Assembly (NCBI GenBank): GCA_964035545.1
Contig: OZ037770.1
Location: 9,554,973 to 9,618,972, forward strand
Origin: Bugula neritina
Taxonomy: Eukaryota > Animalia > Bryozoa
Direction of reading: 5' to 3'
DNA length: 64,000 nucleotides
Below the pieces are notes generated by a model that ran no database searches, was not told where the DNA came from, and saw only the letters and a list, made by a program, of their open reading frames with translations. Of the stretch, positions 58,822 to 64,000 are shown in pieces. The first letter of the stretch is position 1. Each line of letters opens with the position of its first letter. Made by a program: the position numbers and the translations under genes.

Positions 58822-59644
58822 ATACTCTATAGGCAGAGTTTTAAAATAAAACAATCTTTCAATAAATAAGCTATACAGGGATGATTTGACAGTGCTTTTA
58901 TTCAATTTGGCTAAGCACCAGTTTATATTAAAACTTTGTTGATATGTGTTTTATTTGTCAATTTATTTGCCGCTTTGAGTCATTAATCATTTACTACTAA
59001 TCTTTTATTGTCTCATATTTTGTTAAACATTACAAAACCAAAGTGTTGAAACATGTTACCTTAATTGAGCTTGCTCTCATTTTGGATAAATATTATACAT
59101 ATTGTTGGCAATTTAAGAGTTATAGTATTCTATTGAGCTATGTAATTTTGGATAGTTTGTGATGGATGGTTGTAAATAAGTTTTAATATTTGAAAATGCA
59201 TCATATAATATTTTTTTATTTATTACTATTTACAATATAACAATAAATAATTTTGATGCAGCAAAGTCCTACTGCTTTATACACATAACAACCCTCAATA
59301 TTGAAGATAATATTTACTAATAAGCTGAAGTGTGATGTAATTATCCTTATTCAAAGCACTTTCTTTACTTGAATGCTAAAATAGAACTTGACAGTTTTAG
59401 GAGAGAAATACTTCTAGCTCTACCAACATATAAGAACAGTTGAACAAAAAAATATATAGAAGCCAAATCTAAAGTTCTATTCATATAGTGTAAAATGGAA
59501 CTTTACATCAACAGTGTATGCATAGCTAGGTTGACTTTGCAATAAATTTAATTACTATTTAGGGTAATTAAAGAAGAAACATTGAACTCAAAGCTAGCCA
59601 CACAATCATAAACGCACACATGCGAGAGCAAACACCCACGCATC

Positions 59645-59880
59645 TCAATCTGTGAACAGTCGCTGATTTGGGATTTGTCCCCTCATCAACACAGAACAGT
59701 ATATCATGGCCCATTCCTTCACACATAATAGTAGAAACTTATGTTTCTACTAAAGCATATATAAGTGTGTAGACTCAAGCCAGAGAGCTCAAGTGACTCT
59801 AGGGGTAACCTAGGAGTCACGAGCATTGCAAAATGCTAGCGGCTTGAGCTTGTGACCATGGTGAGAGTACTCAATCAATG
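59645..59880 (-). mobile_element. Degenerate dispersed copy of the retrozyme-like element
   Basis: Its reverse complement aligns with 47105-47345, including the TAGTAGAAAC/GTTTCTACTA hairpin. The hammerhead core is mutated. Confidence 0.75.
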
Positions 59881-60572
59881 ATTGTCTCCATAGCTAAATT
59901 CATCATTGCAAACCATTAAGGCCTCACAAATTTTTTTTACCAATATTCAATACGCTATCTACACACTCCTGACGTACACTGTGTATATAAATGTTTTGGG
60001 TTTTAATGCTAATCTGGACAACTGTAAACAAAGCTGCTGCAACTGAACACATGCTGTAAACAACACTGCTGTGGACTATGCACATGTTATAATACTCATG
60101 AGTGCTATTCTACTAACACAAAGAATAAGAGACAATAGTTGCAATCATTTTTTATTGAATTTAAAGTCTTATATTAAAAATACAAATTATTGCTAACATA
60201 TTATAATGAAGAATATAGGTTTTAGTGCAACAGCACCCTGTAAGGTACATGTAGAGGTAAACTGAGTCACATTCATGCTTTACTAAGGTTTGCAAATAGA
60301 CCTACTGACAACATGCTGAACAGAGCAAAACAGAGAAAAATTAAATGACTGCATTATCTTCGAGTTTAAACTACTATGATACATACTAACTAGTCAAGAA
60401 TTAAAACTTTGAGATGACTTATTATGACTGCAAGTATAAATTGAAGAAAAACAATTGCGAATAAAATATCTTAATAAAGGAAATTTTCAGAAATTAATGA
60501 AATTAAAGTGTTAATGTGTTTCGGGTGAATAATAATTCTAAACTTAGGAGGATGCAAGGCATTGCACTTTTA

Positions 60573-63512
60573 CTATTGCTCATGTTGCTGGTGGTATTCC
60601 AACAGCTCATTGTTTCTTTCGGCCTCAAATCTCTCAAACTCTCGCCACATCTCCTCGGTCATTTGCTCATCCTCGTCATCTATGACAAATATGTCCTGCA
60701 GATCTATAATACACACAAACTCTGTTGTAATGTACGAGAATAGAACTTTAGGATGTGTTAGCATACAATGCAGGCCTAGTGACACGACACGCAACATACT
60801 AACTCAAACAAGTTGTTTATTAAGTATGGAGGGCTTTACAAAAGTTTTAAAGTTAACATTTTTTTATAAAATTTTGATTAAAATCAACTGCTGGATTTTG
60901 TGTGCGTGAGATGAATTGCATAAAGTGAGGAAAGTGAACGAAATTCTCTCACTACTGCATTTGGAGTTGATCTACTTAATAAACATAAGCAAACATTCGA
61001 GTACGACAGAGTTGTTCGGTTTTTGACCATAGAAATGTTTATTTCTATATCAACCCTTAAAGAATGAAGAGGTCTGATCTACTTAACTCTAGCAGTTGAA
61101 GTGAAGCTACAGTTATAACATTGTCACAAGATGTAAAGTTAGACAACTCCATATTAGTCCACATAATATTCCACCATTACACATTATTGTATTACAGGCA
61201 CCTACCATCTGCATCATCATGTAAATTGACTCCATCAACACCGACATCTTCAATCTCCGAAAAGTCCCCGGCACCAGTAACGAGGGTTTCTTCGGCCACT
61301 GAGTTCACGTACTGACCATCGTTGATTGACCACTCACTCACCTGAAGCTCCAGAGAGTCCACCACTTCCGGGTGAGGATATGCTGCGTCGATGGCACCTA
61401 GTAAATGTGTAAAATTCAACAAAACAATACAATGCCAATACAATGCAGCATATTGCAAAATGTAGGTTAAGATGAGACAACTTGGATTAAAGTGCATGTA
61501 TAAATCTCATTTCCATTTAAAACAGCTCTAAATTAAAAAATATCACCTGTTGATTCTAATAGATCACATATTCATATTACATTTCAAGTATCTATACAAC
61601 AAAACGTTTGGTTGGTTAATACATAGTTGATAGTTTTTCCTAGACCGCAAAAAGTGTGCAATGATGAAATCCAACGCGACTTATTAGAATTATTATTAAA
61701 AAAACTGGAAAAAATCAATAACTATTGTGTACTGCAGTACGACCAGCAGGTGAAGGTTCAAAACCTTCCCATCAACATGGTGAATGCAAAATGATTCTTG
61801 AAATTAAAAACTAACACACAGCCATGTTTTCATACTGAACACGTGGCTTCTTCTACTCACTATAGCCTTAGGCTTCTTACTACTCACCATAGCCTTAGGC
61901 TTCTTACTACTCACCATAGCCTTAGGTTTTTTACTACTCACCATAGCCTTAGGCTTCTTACTACTCACCATAGCCTTAGGGTTTTTACTACTCACTATAG
62001 CCTTAGGCTTCTTACTACTCACCATAGCCTTAGGTTTTTTACTACTCACCATAGCCTTAGGGTTTTTACTACTCACCATAGCCTGCTTCTTCTCGTGTGA
62101 TGGTTTGCCCTGTCCTATCATAAAAGACAGGCTCTTGTTCGTAGTTGTTAGCAGGGAACGTTGGAGGAAGGTGAGCTTGAACAGGAGGAGTTGCTCTTCC
62201 CCAGTTTGATGCTCTTAGAGTTGATATTGAAGCAAGCATTCGACAACTGCGATCACTTACAACACCTACATCAGGTAGTGTAACATTGTAAATTGCCACA
62301 TGTAGTTCATGAGCAATAAAATCACAAAGGCTTTTACAGAATCTGGTGAAATATGAATTTAGGTTATTCAAACAATTTATCAAACATTTCCAAAGCTCAA
62401 CTCTGAAAGTGGTGTAAGACTTGAACTATTAGTGATCACACAGCATTACATAAATCTGTATCAGCAACATAAAACCTATCAATAGTATTTCTAGTATTAT
62501 CCACCATAACCACGATTCAAGTTTTAGCTATTATCAGTTTAACAATATACTCACCTTGTTTAATTTTGCCATCAATACTGGACAAGATGGAAACTAATTG
62601 ATCTACATTGTTAATGCCAGCTAGATCATCTTCAAACCGACCTCCACACATCTTTAATACTTGAACAATGGTGATAGTAATACTATCATCTAATGTACTA
62701 ATTAACTTCTCCAAAATATCAAGCAGAGCTGCCCTAACTTTGTCAATTCCTCCTACTGACTGAGTATATAACTCAGCCAAAAATAATGCAAATAAGCACA
62801 ACCGATTTCGATCACGCCCTAACAAGCTTTCAGCTTGAAGATATTCCTGATGACAACGCTTCATAATGTGTTGCTTAAATGTTCCATTGTGATTATTAGC
62901 AACATTCACAGCTATATAATCACAAAATCTTCCACAGGTGTAAGCAAAATTTTTATAAGTAATAGCCCATTCAAAGATAACATCACAGGCGATTTCAATG
63001 AATTCCTTTCTTGTAAAAATAGTTTTGAAATAATTAGCAATATTGGGCATTGAGCGATCAAACCTGCCTGGGAAATCCTTTAGCTCTTGAAGCATTAATT
63101 CCAAATTATTAGTGAATTTCTCATAATCATTTTGAAGTGCTTCTGATGGTATGAACTCTGGAGCTGCAACTGACAAAGCTGGAGATGACTTTGCAACTTT
63201 GGGAACAAAAGCTTCAGCAGATGCATTCAAAACAGTAATTGTCTTAGAGGATGAAGGAACCGAGCTGTCAGAAACTGTAGTTTTAGGAGCGGTAGACATA
63301 GATGTTGTTGGTCTTTTGGGCGTAGATTGAGATTCTAAACTTCTAGGTGACTGGGATCCACTGCCAGGCCTACTAGAACTCCTTGATGAATCGCTAGCTG
63401 GTTTCCTCAAAGGAGAGCTATCTAATCCATAACCTCTACCTCGACCTCGTCCTCTGCCAGCAGAGTTAGAAGTCTTTGGACTTTTTGAAGGCGATGTATT
63501 ATTTTCAGACAT
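60573..63512 (-). CDS. PAIP1: Polyadenylate-binding protein-interacting protein 1-like. Exons 63512-62555, 62265-62077, 61397-61206, and 60679 (or 60703)-60573
   Basis: PAM2 motifs LNASAEAFVP and LSVAAPEFIP; MIF4G-like helices (NFAYTCGRFC, FALFLAELY); LRASNWGR...EPVFY; acidic C-terminus MTEEMWREFERF; phase-1 GT-AG introns. Confidence 0.85.
61853..62084. repeat. 27-bp minisatellite (about 8.5 units) spanning a PAIP1 exon/intron boundary
   Basis: ACTCAC recurs every 27 bp from 61855 to 62071 (9 occurrences). Confidence 0.95.
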
Positions 63513-64000
63513 TAAGCCTTTAGCCACTAACGTTAATTATGACAGTCTGAATTTTAGTTTGTCACCGTCCCACTCGTAATTGACCACAAGTTAACACTTG
63601 AAGTTGAACTAGACAATTTATAAAGCTGAACGGGAATTCAATATGAATATTCTGACAGAGTTTCACGCGAACGAAACATTAAGTTCGACTATAAAATGTA
63701 TCCTTATGAAAAGGACTAGCCCTCGGAGTATCAGTATGAGTATTACTATCAACTCAAGTATTAGTAGGAGTATTGGCGTATCACCAACAGTAAGACTAAG
63801 TGAGTAACACTGTATGAGTATCAGTGCGAATGCCTAGTGACTGTAAAATTACACAGATTTAAAAACTTATACTAATACTTATAGCATAGCCATGAAGCTA
63901 AGCAGTAGCAGAATTCAAACAAATTAAAATACAATCAAATTAAAATAAGCGGTAAGCTCAAAAACTAGCGTTTTTCTAACAGTTACTCCAAGACCTGGAC

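Noticed and set aside
61798-62121. CRISPR-like array or repeat protein
   Set aside because: Head-to-tail 27-bp units with no unique spacers, in a eukaryotic intron. The ORFs are by-products.
63720-63830. GAGTATCAGTATGAGTATT-like short repeats upstream of PAIP1 as regulatory sites
   Set aside because: Irregular and too degenerate to assign without conservation data.

Overview
AT-rich eukaryotic (metazoan, probably marine invertebrate) genomic DNA with GT-AG introns. The main feature is one 36-exon minus-strand gene (ATG 52605 to stop 8711). I assembled it by hand from splice sites and phases into a continuous 7185-nt ORF (about 2394 aa). Its architecture is: signal peptide; EGFR-type L1 domain; furin-like Cys-rich domain interrupted by two degenerate F-type-lectin-like domains; four tandem six-exon units (Cys-rich, L domain, Cys-rich, putative half-FN3); second FN3 half; Thr-rich stalk; TM helix; Lys-rich tail with no kinase. 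The 3' end of a paralog lies tail-to-tail on the plus strand (708-7110). A PAN + F-type lectin pseudogene lies head-to-head (55.9-57.4 kb), and a PAIP1-like gene closes the window. The introns hold two non-autonomous Gypsy LTR elements. One has a -1 frameshift signal and an intron-containing zinc-finger ORF3. There are also Penelope-like elements with hammerhead ribozymes, a hammerhead-flanked retrozyme-like repeat, a Tc1 element, MITEs, tRNA-derived SINEs and microsatellites. All domain calls come from motif recognition by eye, not from database searches.
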